DNA of 32,000 bases from Propionibacterium ruminifibrarum (lineage in GTDB: Bacteria > Actinomycetota > Actinomycetes > Propionibacteriales > Propionibacteriaceae): positions 268,706-300,705 of the forward strand of contig NZ_OMOH01000001.1 in the NCBI RefSeq assembly GCF_900289195.1. The letters are read 5' to 3'. The position numbers and the translations under genes were made by a program. Under the pieces are notes generated by a model, which ran no database searches, was not told the DNA's origin, and saw only the letters and a list, made by a program, of their open reading frames with translations. This document shows positions 16,907-26,400 of the stretch, piece after piece (position 1 is the first letter of the stretch; each line of letters begins with the position of its first letter).

Positions 16907-18184
16907 GTGCCGCACATCGCTCTCGACTACGAAATCGTCGAACACGACCTGGACAACGGGTTACGCGTCATCGTCAACCACGACCCCGGTGCACCGGCCG
17001 AGGCGGTGAACCTCTGGTACGCCGTCGGCTCGGGCGACGAGACCCTGGGCGTGACCGGTTTCGCCCACCTGTTCGAGCACCTCATGTTCGCCGGGTCGGC
17101 GCACGTGGCGGCCAGTGAGCACCTGGCCCTCATGGAGTCGGCCGGGGGAAGCGCCAACGCGACGACCAGCTTCGACCGCACGAACTACTTCGAGACGGTT
17201 CCACCGGGCGCCCTCGAGCTGGCGCTGTGGCTCGAGGCGGACCGCATGAGCACGCTGGCGGTGAACCAGGCCAACTTCGACACCCAGGTCGAAGTGGTCA
17301 AGGAGGAGAAACGCCAGCGCTACGACAACGTTCCCTACGGCGATCAGCTCGAACTGCTGCTGAAACTGAATTTCCCACCCGAGCACCCGTACGGCCACCC
17401 CACGATCGGGTCGATGAGCGACCTGGACGCCGCTTCACTGTCGGACGTGCAGGGCTTCTACCGGCGCTGGTACCACCCCGGGGGCGCCGTCCTGACCCTG
17501 TCGGGTCCGGTCGGGGCCGACAAGGCGGTCGGGCTGGTCGAGAAGTACTTCGCGGACATACCGGCCGCGCCCGCCCAGGACGCTCGCCCCTTCGCGCCCC
17601 TGCCCCGGCACGAGGACGTCCCCACGATCCAGGTGCGACGTGCCGTGCCCAGCACGATGGTGCACCTGTGCTGGCGCAGCCCGGACTTCAACTCTCCCCA
17701 GCGTTACGCCGTCGAGCAGGCGCTCGCGGTGCTGGCGTCCGGCCAGTCCAGCCGGCTGCCGAGCCTGCTGGTCCGTGACCGCGAGATCGCCGACGCCGTC
17801 GGCTCCGGTGATTTCGGTCTCGCCCGCGGCGTCTCGATGGCCTCGCTCAGCGCCAGGGTGCGCTCGGGTCACAGCCCCCAGGAACTCTGCGAGGCGATCC
17901 TCGAGCAACTCGTCCGGCTGGCGGAGCAGGGTCCTGATGAGGCGGAACTGGCCCGGGTCAATGCCGGTTTCGACCGTGAATGGCTCACCCGGTTGGCCAG
18001 CGTCGACTCCCGCGCCGACGAGATCAGCGGCTTCGCCAGCCTGTCCGGCGACCCGCACATGGTCAACAGCCTGCTGACCCGCATGCACGCGGTCACAGCC
18101 GATCAGATAGCCGAGGCCGCCGGTACCTGGCTGGCCCCGGAGCACCGAGCGGTGCTCATCTATGAAGCCGAGGATGCCCGATGA
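16907..18184 (+). CDS. M16 family zinc peptidase (active subunit, HxxEH)
   Basis: FAHLFEHLMFAGS (inverted zinc motif HxxEH) and a downstream E for zinc binding; 425 aa. GTG 16907 lies 6 nt after TAGAAT (16895-16900), a leaderless-type start. Confidence 0.88.
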   Translation: MPHIALDYEIVEHDLDNGLRVIVNHDPGAPAEAVNLWYAVGSGDETLGVTGFAHLFEHLMFAGSAHVAASEHLALMESAGGSANATTSFDRTNYFETVPPGALELALWLEADRMSTLAVNQANFDTQVEVVKEEKRQRYDNVPYGDQLELLLKLNFPPEHPYGHPTIGSMSDLDAASLSDVQGFYRRWYHPGGAVLTLSGPVGADKAVGLVEKYFADIPAAPAQDARPFAPLPRHEDVPTIQVRRAVPSTMVHLCWRSPDFNSPQRYAVEQALAVLASGQSSRLPSLLVRDREIADAVGSGDFGLARGVSMASLSARVRSGHSPQELCEAILEQLVRLAEQGPDEAELARVNAGFDREWLTRLASVDSRADEISGFASLSGDPHMVNSLLTRMHAVTADQIAEAAGTWLAPEHRAVLIYEAEDAR

Positions 18185-19542
18185 GTTCTGAGATCCTGCG
18201 CCCCCCTGTCGACCCGACCAGCACGTGGCGATTCCCCCTGCCCAGGGTCATCGACCTCGACAACGGCATGTGCATCTGGGCCTACGACCTGCCCGGTCAG
18301 TACGTCATCACCGCCGAGATCGTCTTCGACGTCGCGCTGACCGACGAACCCGCCGGCAAGGAGGGTGTCGCTCATCTGGCTGCCCGGTGCTGCGACGAGG
18401 GCTCGGTCGACCATCCCGGTGAGGCCCTCGCCCGACGCATCGAGGACATCGGTGCGGTCTTCGACAGTTCGGCCGGGTCCTGGGACACCCGCTGCGGCAT
18501 CGACGTCGCGGCCCCCTATGCGCTGGCCGGCATCGACCTGCTCGACGAGATCGTCCGCACCCCCGCCTACGCCGACTCCGACGTGGCCCGCCACAAGGCA
18601 CTGCGCCTCACCGAGATCGAGCAGCAACGGGCGAACTCGGCGGCCATGGCCACGATCGGCCTGGCCCAGAAGAGCTGGGTCACCGGTAGCCGTCAGCAGT
18701 TGCCCGCTGCGGGCACGTCGACCACCGTGCCGACGATCACGGCTGAGGACGTACGCGCCTTTCACGACCGCTGGTGGCGCGCCGATGGCGCCACGCTGAT
18801 CCTTGCCGGCGCCCTGCCCGACGGACTCGTCGAGCACGCGGCCGAGATCTTCGGGGCCTGGCCCGCAACCGGCGTACGCAGCGGCGCGCAGCCCCCGATC
18901 CCGGCAGAGGGCCCCTGCCCCACCTACGTCATCGACCGCCCCGAAGCGGTCGCCGCCGACATGCGCGTCGGCCTCATCGTGCCGGGGCGCGAGTGGGAGA
19001 ACTGGGCGCCGATGCAGGTCGCGACGAGCGCCGTCGGCGGACTGTTCGGCAGCCGGCTCAACATGGAGCTGCGGGAGAAGCACGGCTTCACCTACGGCGT
19101 GCAGGCCGGGTTGGCCGCGAGCAGGTTCAACGGCAGTTTCTCCATTCAGGCGAGTTTCCGCACCGAGGTGGCGGCGAGGGCGTTCCGCGGCGTCTTCGAG
19201 CTGCTCGACCTGTCGCGCCGGCCGCTGGAGAAGTCGGAGGCCGACGACGCGGTGCGCTTCATGGTGGGCATCGCGCCGCTGCGCTACGACACCGCCGATG
19301 CGATCGCCGCACAGGCGAGCGTCCTGGCCTCGCACCGGGTCGACGTCAACTGGGTCAACGAGCTGAACGAGAGGCTCGCCGCGACGAACGCCAACCAGGC
19401 CACGGCGGCCTTCGAGGCGACCGTCGGCAAGGCCACCCAGGAGGGCATGATGCGTGCCGTGCTGTGCGGCGACGCCTCCAGGCTCGTGCCCGACCTGCGC
19501 AGCTACGGCTTCCAGGTCGAGGTCATCGACCCCGTGCTGTGA
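18181..19542 (+). CDS. M16 family peptidase-like protein (non-catalytic partner)
   Basis: Same fold and length class (453 aa). The equivalent position reads VAHLAARCCDEGS (HLAAR rather than HxxEH). ATGA overlap with the upstream M16 gene at 18181-18184. Confidence 0.85.
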   Translation: MSSEILRPPVDPTSTWRFPLPRVIDLDNGMCIWAYDLPGQYVITAEIVFDVALTDEPAGKEGVAHLAARCCDEGSVDHPGEALARRIEDIGAVFDSSAGSWDTRCGIDVAAPYALAGIDLLDEIVRTPAYADSDVARHKALRLTEIEQQRANSAAMATIGLAQKSWVTGSRQQLPAAGTSTTVPTITAEDVRAFHDRWWRADGATLILAGALPDGLVEHAAEIFGAWPATGVRSGAQPPIPAEGPCPTYVIDRPEAVAADMRVGLIVPGREWENWAPMQVATSAVGGLFGSRLNMELREKHGFTYGVQAGLAASRFNGSFSIQASFRTEVAARAFRGVFELLDLSRRPLEKSEADDAVRFMVGIAPLRYDTADAIAAQASVLASHRVDVNWVNELNERLAATNANQATAAFEATVGKATQEGMMRAVLCGDASRLVPDLRSYGFQVEVIDPVL

Positions 19543-19549
19543 CGAGCCG

Positions 19550-19591
19550 GGTGTGGTTCCTCCGGGCCAGGTGGCCCGGAGGAACCACACC
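19550..19591. terminator. perfect 19-bp-stem hairpin between convergent genes
   Basis: GGTGTGGTTCCTCCGGGCC, loop AGGT, GGCCCGGAGGAACCACACC. Located between the M16 stop (19542) and the UPF0182 stop (19619). Confidence 0.65.
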
Positions 19592-19618
19592 GCTCCCCCG
19601 CGCGGGACGGGCGACGGG

Positions 19619-22537
19619 TCAGCCGTTGAGCCGCCGGTAGGCCTCCTGGGCCTTGGACTGGGCGGTCTCGATCTGGGTCTGGTACTCCCCCAGGTCGCCG
19701 TTCTTGAGGGCCTCGTCCGCCTTGGTGAAGGCGTCGTTCGCCTCCTGCAGCAGCTGTTTGGCGGCCTCCTCGTTCGTCAGCTGCTCGGTGGAACCCGAGT
19801 CGCCGGAGGACTGCTGGTCCACGTCCTCACCGGTGCTCGCGCCGGCGTCACCGGCGAAGACCGAGTCGAGGGCCTCCTGCAGGGTGTCGCCGATACCGAT
19901 GTGCGTGCCGAACCGGACGACGACGAAGCGCAACACCGGGTAAGTGCCGGCCGAGGAACCCGATGCCGCCGACTTGCGCTGGGTGTAGATCGGTTCGACG
20001 TAGATCAGGCCATTGCCCAGCGGCAGTGTCAGCAGATTGCCGTAGAGCGCGTCGGCCGAGCTGTCCGAGCCCTGGCCGATGAACGGCAGCAGCTTGTCGG
20101 CCACCTGCTGGTCGGAGACGATCGCGTTGTAGGTCTGGTTCGGCCCCGGCACCTGAGCCGTGTCGGAGAGTTTCAGGACCCGGATCTTGCCGTAGTCCGG
20201 ACTCGACGCGTCGGCCACGACCGACATGTACGCGGCCATGTTCTCGCGGTTCTTCGGCACGTAGACGGCCGTCTGGCTGAACATCGGGGACTCGTCGCCG
20301 GGCCACTTGATCGACAGGTAGTAGGGCGGTTCGTAGGCGCCGCTGGAGTCTCGCGGATCCGCCGGGACCACCCACAGATCCGACTGGTTGTACCAGCTGT
20401 CGGGGTTCTCCATGTGGTAGCGGCCGAGAACCTGGCGCTGAACCTTGAACAGGTCCTGCGGATAGCGCAGATGACTCATCAGGTCCTCGGAGATGTCGCC
20501 CCGGTCCTTCAGCAGGCCCGGGTAGACCTTCATCCAGGTCTGCAGGACCGGGTCGTCGGTGTCCCACGCATAGAGGTCGACGGTTCCGTCGAAGGCGTCC
20601 ACGACGGCCTTGACCGAGTTGCGCATGTAGTTGATCTGCGTGTCCTCGCCGGCGTTCTGGCGCGCCGAGTCCGAGATGGTCTCCTGCAGGTTGACGTGCT
20701 GCGCGTTCGGGTAGTCCGCGCTCGTGGTGTAGGCGTCGACGATCCACACGACGCGCCCGTCGACGACCGCCGGGTACGGGTCCTGGTCGACGGTCAGCCA
20801 TGGGGCGACCTCGCCGATGCGCTCACGGGGAGTGCGGTTGTACAGGATGCGTGAGGCCGAGTTCACGTTGCTCGACAGCAGCAGGTTCAGATCGGCGAAC
20901 TTGGTGGCGTACATGCCGCGCATCACGTAGTTGCCGATCGCCACGCCACCGGCCCCGGTGTAGGTGTAGTGCTGCTCGCCGCCGGATTCGGAGCCGCCGG
21001 GGGTGTCGAGCTCGATGGGTGTCGCACCCTCCACGTTGCCCGCGACGACCCACTGGCTCTCGGACTCGCCGTAGTAGATCCGGGACTCGTCGATGTCCAG
21101 TTCGCCCTCGGGAGGAATGTCGCCCTCGATCCACACGGGCTCACCGTTTGACGAGCTGCGGTTGCCGTAGGAGGCGACCACGCCGTACCCGTGGGTGTAG
21201 ACGGTGTGCGTGTTGATCCAGCTCTGGTCGGGCAGGCCCGCGATGTTGATCTCGCGGGCCGCGATGATCGTGTCCGTGGTGTCGCCATCGACGTCGTAGC
21301 GGTCGACGTCGAGCACGGAGGGGAACTGGTAGTAGCCGCGTACCTGTTGCAGCTGTTCGTAGGTCTCGCCGATCAACGCCGGATCCATGAGCCGGATGCC
21401 GGGAAGCGCCTCGGCGTCGGAGCGCAGCTGACCGGCGCTGACATTCGTCTCGGCGGAGTAGTCCGAGATCGTCACGTCCTCGATGTCATAGGCCGCCCTC
21501 GTCGCCTCGATCTGGCGTTCGATGTAGCTGCGCTCCTGGTTGACCTCGCTGGGGCGCACCGTGAACTGCTGGATCGCGACCGGGTAGACGCCCTGGATGA
21601 TGAGGCTGGAGACGATCATGAGGATGATCGCGGTGCCGGGCACACGCCACATCTTGAGCCGGACGTTGGCGAAGAACATGAGCGCGCAGATCCACGCGAT
21701 GATGGCGATGATGAGGCGGGCCGTGATGCGCGCATGGTCGTCGGTGTAGCCGATGCCGGTGAACAGGGCGTCGTTGTCGCTGACCGCGAACTCGTAGCGG
21801 GACAGCAGGCGCTGGAAGCCGTAGACGACCATGATGAGGCCGAGCATCACCGACAGGTGCACCTGGGCCGCCGCGCTGAACGGGTTCTTCAGCTCGACGG
21901 TCGGCGGATGGACGCCCTCCTCATCGGCGGTCTGCGGGCGCACCGCGACCGGGGAGGCGTACAGCGAGCCGGTGATGATGTGGACGACGGCCGCGGCAAG
22001 CGTCCCGATGATCAGGGCCGCCAGCAGGACCGAGACGATGTACCTCAGGAAGGGCAGGGTGAAGACGTAGAAGGAGACGTCCTTGCCGAAATACGCATCG
22101 GACTGGCCGAAGGGCGTGCGGTGGAGGAAGGCGAGGGTCTCGTCGATGTGGGTCACTGCCAGCGAGCCGCCCCCGAGCGCGATGACCAGTGAGGGTATGG
22201 CGATGATCACCGCCGTGCGCCTGGCCAGGGCCGCCCGGTAGTGGTCGAGGGTGGGCGAGTCGCTGATGGTGCGCTGGGGCCGTTTGCGCCAGGCGAGAGC
22301 CATGTTGAGCGCGCAGACACCGCCCAGCAGCAGGCCCTGACCGACGGCAAGGACCGCGCCCGTGACCAACCGAGTGGTGAAGACCTGACCGAAGTGCAGG
22401 TTGCGGAACCACATCCAGTCGGTGACGAACTCGCTGACGATCCACCACACGACGATGACCGCCACGAGGATGACGAGGGTCATGCCCAGTGCCGTGTGGT
22501 GACGCGGTGACTTCTTGGCCTGCGATGCGGTGCTCAT
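19619..22537 (-). CDS. UPF0182 family large polytopic membrane protein
   Basis: About 970 aa with N-terminal multi-TM region and a large extracytoplasmic domain, resembling the conserved actinobacterial UPF0182 family as I recall it (Rv3193c-like). ATG 22537 overlaps the upstream stop (ATGA), so it is preferred over 22558. Confidence 0.8.
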   Translation of the reverse strand: MSTASQAKKSPRHHTALGMTLVILVAVIVVWWIVSEFVTDWMWFRNLHFGQVFTTRLVTGAVLAVGQGLLLGGVCALNMALAWRKRPQRTISDSPTLDHYRAALARRTAVIIAIPSLVIALGGGSLAVTHIDETLAFLHRTPFGQSDAYFGKDVSFYVFTLPFLRYIVSVLLAALIIGTLAAAVVHIITGSLYASPVAVRPQTADEEGVHPPTVELKNPFSAAAQVHLSVMLGLIMVVYGFQRLLSRYEFAVSDNDALFTGIGYTDDHARITARLIIAIIAWICALMFFANVRLKMWRVPGTAIILMIVSSLIIQGVYPVAIQQFTVRPSEVNQERSYIERQIEATRAAYDIEDVTISDYSAETNVSAGQLRSDAEALPGIRLMDPALIGETYEQLQQVRGYYQFPSVLDVDRYDVDGDTTDTIIAAREINIAGLPDQSWINTHTVYTHGYGVVASYGNRSSSNGEPVWIEGDIPPEGELDIDESRIYYGESESQWVVAGNVEGATPIELDTPGGSESGGEQHYTYTGAGGVAIGNYVMRGMYATKFADLNLLLSSNVNSASRILYNRTPRERIGEVAPWLTVDQDPYPAVVDGRVVWIVDAYTTSADYPNAQHVNLQETISDSARQNAGEDTQINYMRNSVKAVVDAFDGTVDLYAWDTDDPVLQTWMKVYPGLLKDRGDISEDLMSHLRYPQDLFKVQRQVLGRYHMENPDSWYNQSDLWVVPADPRDSSGAYEPPYYLSIKWPGDESPMFSQTAVYVPKNRENMAAYMSVVADASSPDYGKIRVLKLSDTAQVPGPNQTYNAIVSDQQVADKLLPFIGQGSDSSADALYGNLLTLPLGNGLIYVEPIYTQRKSAASGSSAGTYPVLRFVVVRFGTHIGIGDTLQEALDSVFAGDAGASTGEDVDQQSSGDSGSTEQLTNEEAAKQLLQEANDAFTKADEALKNGDLGEYQTQIETAQSKAQEAYRRLNG

Positions 22538-23103
22538 GCCTGATCGGTGTCCTCCCACTCGAAGGTGCGCACGAGGGCGCTGGACAGGGCCGGTACGAGG
22601 TGGTCACCGGCCAGGAGTTCGTCTGGATGGCTGGCCAGCCTGGCCACGCCGTAGGTGGTGCCGTCACGCAGGGCGCCCATGACGACGCGGATGTCCTCGC
22701 GTGAGGGGTGCGAGGCCACGAAGTCGGCGGCCTCATCGGGATCGTCGGGGATCTCGGCCTCGTGGCCGGCGGGCAGGAAGGAGCGCTCGGTGCACACCGC
22801 ACAGCCCGTCACCGTTCCCGGCCAGGCGATGGCGGCCAGACCGGCCAGGACGTCCTGGCCGGGATGGAAGTCGTCCTGCTCGATCGAGGACAACTGGTCG
22901 GGCGCGCTCACCGTGAGCCGGCCTGCCAGGGAGGGCTCCGCCTCGAGAAGCCGGGCGGTCGGCGCCAACGCGAACAGCCGGGCCGGCTGGTCCCACCCGG
23001 AGGCCCCGACGTAGCGCTCGATCTCGATCAGGGCTGCCGCCAGGGGCTCCTGGGCCGGTGTCGGGCCGCCGGCCCCCGCATGGTCCTGGGACTCGGAACT
23101 CAT
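22534..23103 (-). CDS. conserved actinobacterial protein (PPA1309 family as I recall the NCBI name)
   Basis: 189 aa, high GC3. GGGGAGGAG lies upstream of ATG 23103 and the gene is translationally coupled to the UPF0182 gene. The family name is from memory; no catalytic motif is recognised. Confidence 0.65.
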   Translation of the reverse strand: MSSESQDHAGAGGPTPAQEPLAAALIEIERYVGASGWDQPARLFALAPTARLLEAEPSLAGRLTVSAPDQLSSIEQDDFHPGQDVLAGLAAIAWPGTVTGCAVCTERSFLPAGHEAEIPDDPDEAADFVASHPSREDIRVVMGALRDGTTYGVARLASHPDELLAGDHLVPALSSALVRTFEWEDTDQA

Positions 23104-23145
23104 TGGACTCCTCCCCTCATGAGTGGCCTGTGGTCATGGCCTCTT

Positions 23146-24186
23146 CTAGCACCTCGGCACCGCCTCGGCGCGCCCCTGGGACAGGGCATCGAGGGATGAC
23201 ACGGCGTCGGACAGTCGTGACACCCTGACGATCTCCATCCCCGTGGTGACCTCGGTCGCCTCGGAGCAGTTCGCCGCGGGGACCAGGAAGACCTCTGCGC
23301 CGTCTCGCTCGGCACCGCTCATGCGCTCGGCGATCCCGGAGACCGCCCCGACGGTTCCGTTGGCCTCAATGGTGCCGGTTCCCGCAACAACGCGCGAACT
23401 CATGAGATCCTCGCTGCGCAGCTTGTCGTAGATGGCCAGCGACAGCACGAGACCGGAACTCTCGTCGGCGACGTCCGGGACGTTGAACTCGACCTGCGGC
23501 TCGTACCGGTAGCCGGGCCGCATCGTGACCCCGACCCGCGGTACGGAACGGTCGGTCGAGCTCGCCTGCGTGATGACCGAGACGGTCATTGTCGAACCGC
23601 CCCGCACGATGCCGAAATCCGCTGTGGCCCCAACAGCCAGTGAACGAATGACGGTGTTGACCTCGTCGGCGGTGCGCACGGCCGTGTCATTGACCGTCTC
23701 GATGATGTCGCCGGTCTGCAGCAGCTCGTAGGAGGGCCCGCCGGTGGAGACCGAGTCGACGACCGGGTTCTCCTGCACGGCGATCCCGGCCGCGTTGAGG
23801 GCCGCGACCGTTGCGCTCTCCTGGGCCTCGTTCAGCCGCATCGCCGCATCGCCGGACAGGTCCGCCCCGCTGCGTCCCACCGGATAGGCCCAGTCCCTGG
23901 GCACGACATCGCGGACCTGACGCGCATAGGACAACAGCGCCGAGGGCAGGGTCAGCGTCGCACTGGACGAGGTGACCGACACCGAGGTGAGCAACAGGCT
24001 TCCCGAGGTCTCGGCCGTCTCGGCGCCGTGGACCGTGATCTCATCGGCCCCGTCGAACTGGCCGAGCACGTCATTCGTGACGCCCGGGTCCCACGCGACG
24101 TAGGGAATCGGAGTGAAGGCGATGACCCCGGCAAGAATGATGAGGACCAGGGCCGAGACGACTGCCGTCCAGGTCTGACGTGTCAT
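23146..24186 (-). CDS. PDZ domain plus Lon-protease-C-terminal-like (S16, YlbL/Rv3194c-like) membrane-anchored protein
   Basis: ATG 24186 (MTRQTWTAVVSALVLIILAGVIAF, a signal-anchor) is preceded by GGGGA. There is a central PDZ-like segment (LQTGDIIETVNDTAV), and the C-terminal ADESSGLVLSLAIYDKL...AGTGTIEANGTVGAVSGIAERMSGAERDGAEVFLVP resembles the Lon proteolytic domain. The 135 upstream codons of the ORF are junk. Confidence 0.78.
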   Translation of the reverse strand: MTRQTWTAVVSALVLIILAGVIAFTPIPYVAWDPGVTNDVLGQFDGADEITVHGAETAETSGSLLLTSVSVTSSSATLTLPSALLSYARQVRDVVPRDWAYPVGRSGADLSGDAAMRLNEAQESATVAALNAAGIAVQENPVVDSVSTGGPSYELLQTGDIIETVNDTAVRTADEVNTVIRSLAVGATADFGIVRGGSTMTVSVITQASSTDRSVPRVGVTMRPGYRYEPQVEFNVPDVADESSGLVLSLAIYDKLRSEDLMSSRVVAGTGTIEANGTVGAVSGIAERMSGAERDGAEVFLVPAANCSEATEVTTGMEIVRVSRLSDAVSSLDALSQGRAEAVPRC

Positions 24187-24388
24187 GCCCGGGTCCCCCT
24201 GCGTGTCGTCACCGGAACGGCTGTGTCCATGCCCTGGAAGTCTACCCATCGCCCATGGGCCCACCAGGGGTGCCGCACCGCAATCGCCGGTCAGGAGGAC
24301 GGGCCGCCGCCCCGGCATTGATCGGGCGCGCTTGAATGGAGGCATGCTGCGGCCGGGCCGGCCGCGTCGCACCACGAGGAGCCCTGTC

Positions 24389-25777
24389 ATGAGCGATGAC
24401 AACATCAGCCGTTCCCCCGGTGAGCCCGGCGAGGATCCGCTCAGTGAGTTGCTGCGCCAGCTCGGCATCAGCCTGCCCGAGGGCGGCATGAACCTGGGCG
24501 CCATGATGGGGCAGTTCCAGTCGATGATGGCCCAGGCGCAGGCCGGCTCCGAGTCGGCGACGGGAATCGACTGGACGATGGCCCGCCGCACCGCGCGTCA
24601 GGTCGCGGCGTCGCTCGGTTCCGATCCCGTGCCGTCCCAGACCCAGCGCACGCACCTGGCCGATTCGCATCGCCTGGCCGAGTCCTGGCTCGATCCGGTC
24701 GTCTCGTTCGAGGCCTGCCCCGCCCCGGCGCAGGCATGGAGCCGTGCCCAGTGGATCGAGGACACGATGGACTCGTGGCGTGCGATCGTCGAACCCGTCG
24801 TCACCTCGATCGCCGAGGCCATGAGTTCGGATCTCGGCGGGGAGGCCGCCGCCGAGATACCCGAGATGGCCCAGCTGACCGGCATGCTCACCCCGGTCAT
24901 GCGGATGGCGGCCGGCCAGATGTACACCTCGCAGCTCGCCCGGGCCATCGGCGAGATCTCCACCGAGGTCATCAGCGGCGCCGAGCTCGGACTGCAGCTG
25001 CTGTCGGCACCGCGCGTGGTCCTGCTGCCGACCAACGCCGAGGCCTTCGTCAAGGGGCTGGGCCTGCCGGACGAGGACACGCTCATGTACATCGTCGTCA
25101 GGGAGGCGGCCCGCCAGCGACTGTTCTCCTCCGTGAAATGGCTCGCCCCGCAGATGCTGGCGCTCATCGAGCACTACGCCCGTGAGATCACGATCGACAC
25201 GGGCGCCATCAGCGACACGATCGACATCGGCGACGTCTCCGAGATGACACCCGGCAAGCTCGCCGAGATCTCCGAGCAGCTGCAGGGCAAGCTCTTCAAA
25301 CCGACCCGTTCCCCCGAGCAGGAGGACATCCTGGCACGCCTGGAGACGCTGCTCGCCCTCGTCGAGGGCTGGGTCGACGCCGTGGCCCACGAGGCCTGCG
25401 GGCAGTGGCTCACCCACGAGCCGGCGCTGCTCGAGGCCGTCCGGCGGCGCCGCGCGACGAACGGGCCGACCGAGAAGATCACCAACGCCCTGCTGGGCCT
25501 GCAGCTGCGTCCCCGCCTCGTGCGCGAGAGCGCCCGCTTCTGGCAGGTCGTGCTCGCGGACCGCGGTGTCGCCGGCCGGGACCAGTTGTGGAGTCATCCC
25601 GATCTCATGCCGTCGGCCGCGGACATCGAGGACCCGATCGGTTTCGTTCAAGGCGAGTCCCACTCCGCCGAGGCCGGCGCCGACTGGGATCTCGAACTGA
25701 GCAGACTCCTCGAGCAGCACGACCGGGGGGACGACCCGGGCCATGACCCCGAGCCCGGTCCTGCCGAGCCCGCCTGA
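24389..25777 (+). CDS. conserved actinobacterial zincin-like protein (DUF2342 / 'zinc-dependent metalloprotease' family, Rv3195-like)
   Basis: ATG 24389 is preceded by GAGGAG with 7-nt spacing; 462 aa. The family assignment comes from overall resemblance and conserved neighbourhood as recalled. No HEXXH motif is present in the translation. Confidence 0.6.
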   Translation: MSDDNISRSPGEPGEDPLSELLRQLGISLPEGGMNLGAMMGQFQSMMAQAQAGSESATGIDWTMARRTARQVAASLGSDPVPSQTQRTHLADSHRLAESWLDPVVSFEACPAPAQAWSRAQWIEDTMDSWRAIVEPVVTSIAEAMSSDLGGEAAAEIPEMAQLTGMLTPVMRMAAGQMYTSQLARAIGEISTEVISGAELGLQLLSAPRVVLLPTNAEAFVKGLGLPDEDTLMYIVVREAARQRLFSSVKWLAPQMLALIEHYAREITIDTGAISDTIDIGDVSEMTPGKLAEISEQLQGKLFKPTRSPEQEDILARLETLLALVEGWVDAVAHEACGQWLTHEPALLEAVRRRRATNGPTEKITNALLGLQLRPRLVRESARFWQVVLADRGVAGRDQLWSHPDLMPSAADIEDPIGFVQGESHSAEAGADWDLELSRLLEQHDRGDDPGHDPEPGPAEPA

Positions 25778-25791
25778 CCCCTTCGTTCCCG

Positions 25792-26400
25792 TCAGCCGCC
25801 GCGGCGAGTGGCGGCGACACCCGCGTCCCAGCCCTCGAGGAAACCGTTGGCCTTCTCGATGAGTCCGTAGCGGCGCTCGATACGGCGGAACTGCGGTCCA
25901 TGGTCGGCGTGCACCAGGTGGGCCAGTTCGTGGACGAGGACGGCGTCGATGACCCAGTCGGGCATGGTGCGCATCCGGTCGGAGAGCCTGATCGTGCGGT
26001 TGGCCGATGTGCACGAGCCCCAGCGTGTCCGCTGATTCGAGACCCAGCGGACACTGACGGGATCCGGCGCCTCGGGGACGTACGCCCTGCGGACCCTGGC
26101 CGCCCGGGCCATGAGCCCGTCGTCACCGGCCTCCTGCGCCCGGTGCTGCTCGCGCGTGGCGATGCGCTCGACCATCTCACGCACCCACCGCGTCTCCTCG
26201 GCGCTGCTCATCGAAGCGGGGACCATGACGACGATCCGCCCGTCCTCGCGGCGGGCGGCCACGCTGCGGCGGCGACGTGCGCTGCGCCGCAGAACGACCC
26301 GGTCCACCCCGGCGGGCAACGTGACGCCGGCGGGGACCGGGACGATCGTGTCGGTGACGCCCCTTCTGACTGCCCGCACCGTCCGTTCATCACCGCTCAC
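25792..26400 (-). CDS. DUF45 / YgjP-like (M48-related) metal-dependent hydrolase
   Basis: Intact HEXXH in VLVHELAHLVHADHGPQF. The N-terminal basic segment LRRSARRRRSVAARREDGRIVV is typical of the family. GTG 26400 lies 6 nt after TAAGCT (26412-26407, minus strand). Confidence 0.78.
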   Translation of the reverse strand: MSGDERTVRAVRRGVTDTIVPVPAGVTLPAGVDRVVLRRSARRRRSVAARREDGRIVVMVPASMSSAEETRWVREMVERIATREQHRAQEAGDDGLMARAARVRRAYVPEAPDPVSVRWVSNQRTRWGSCTSANRTIRLSDRMRTMPDWVIDAVLVHELAHLVHADHGPQFRRIERRYGLIEKANGFLEGWDAGVAATRRGG

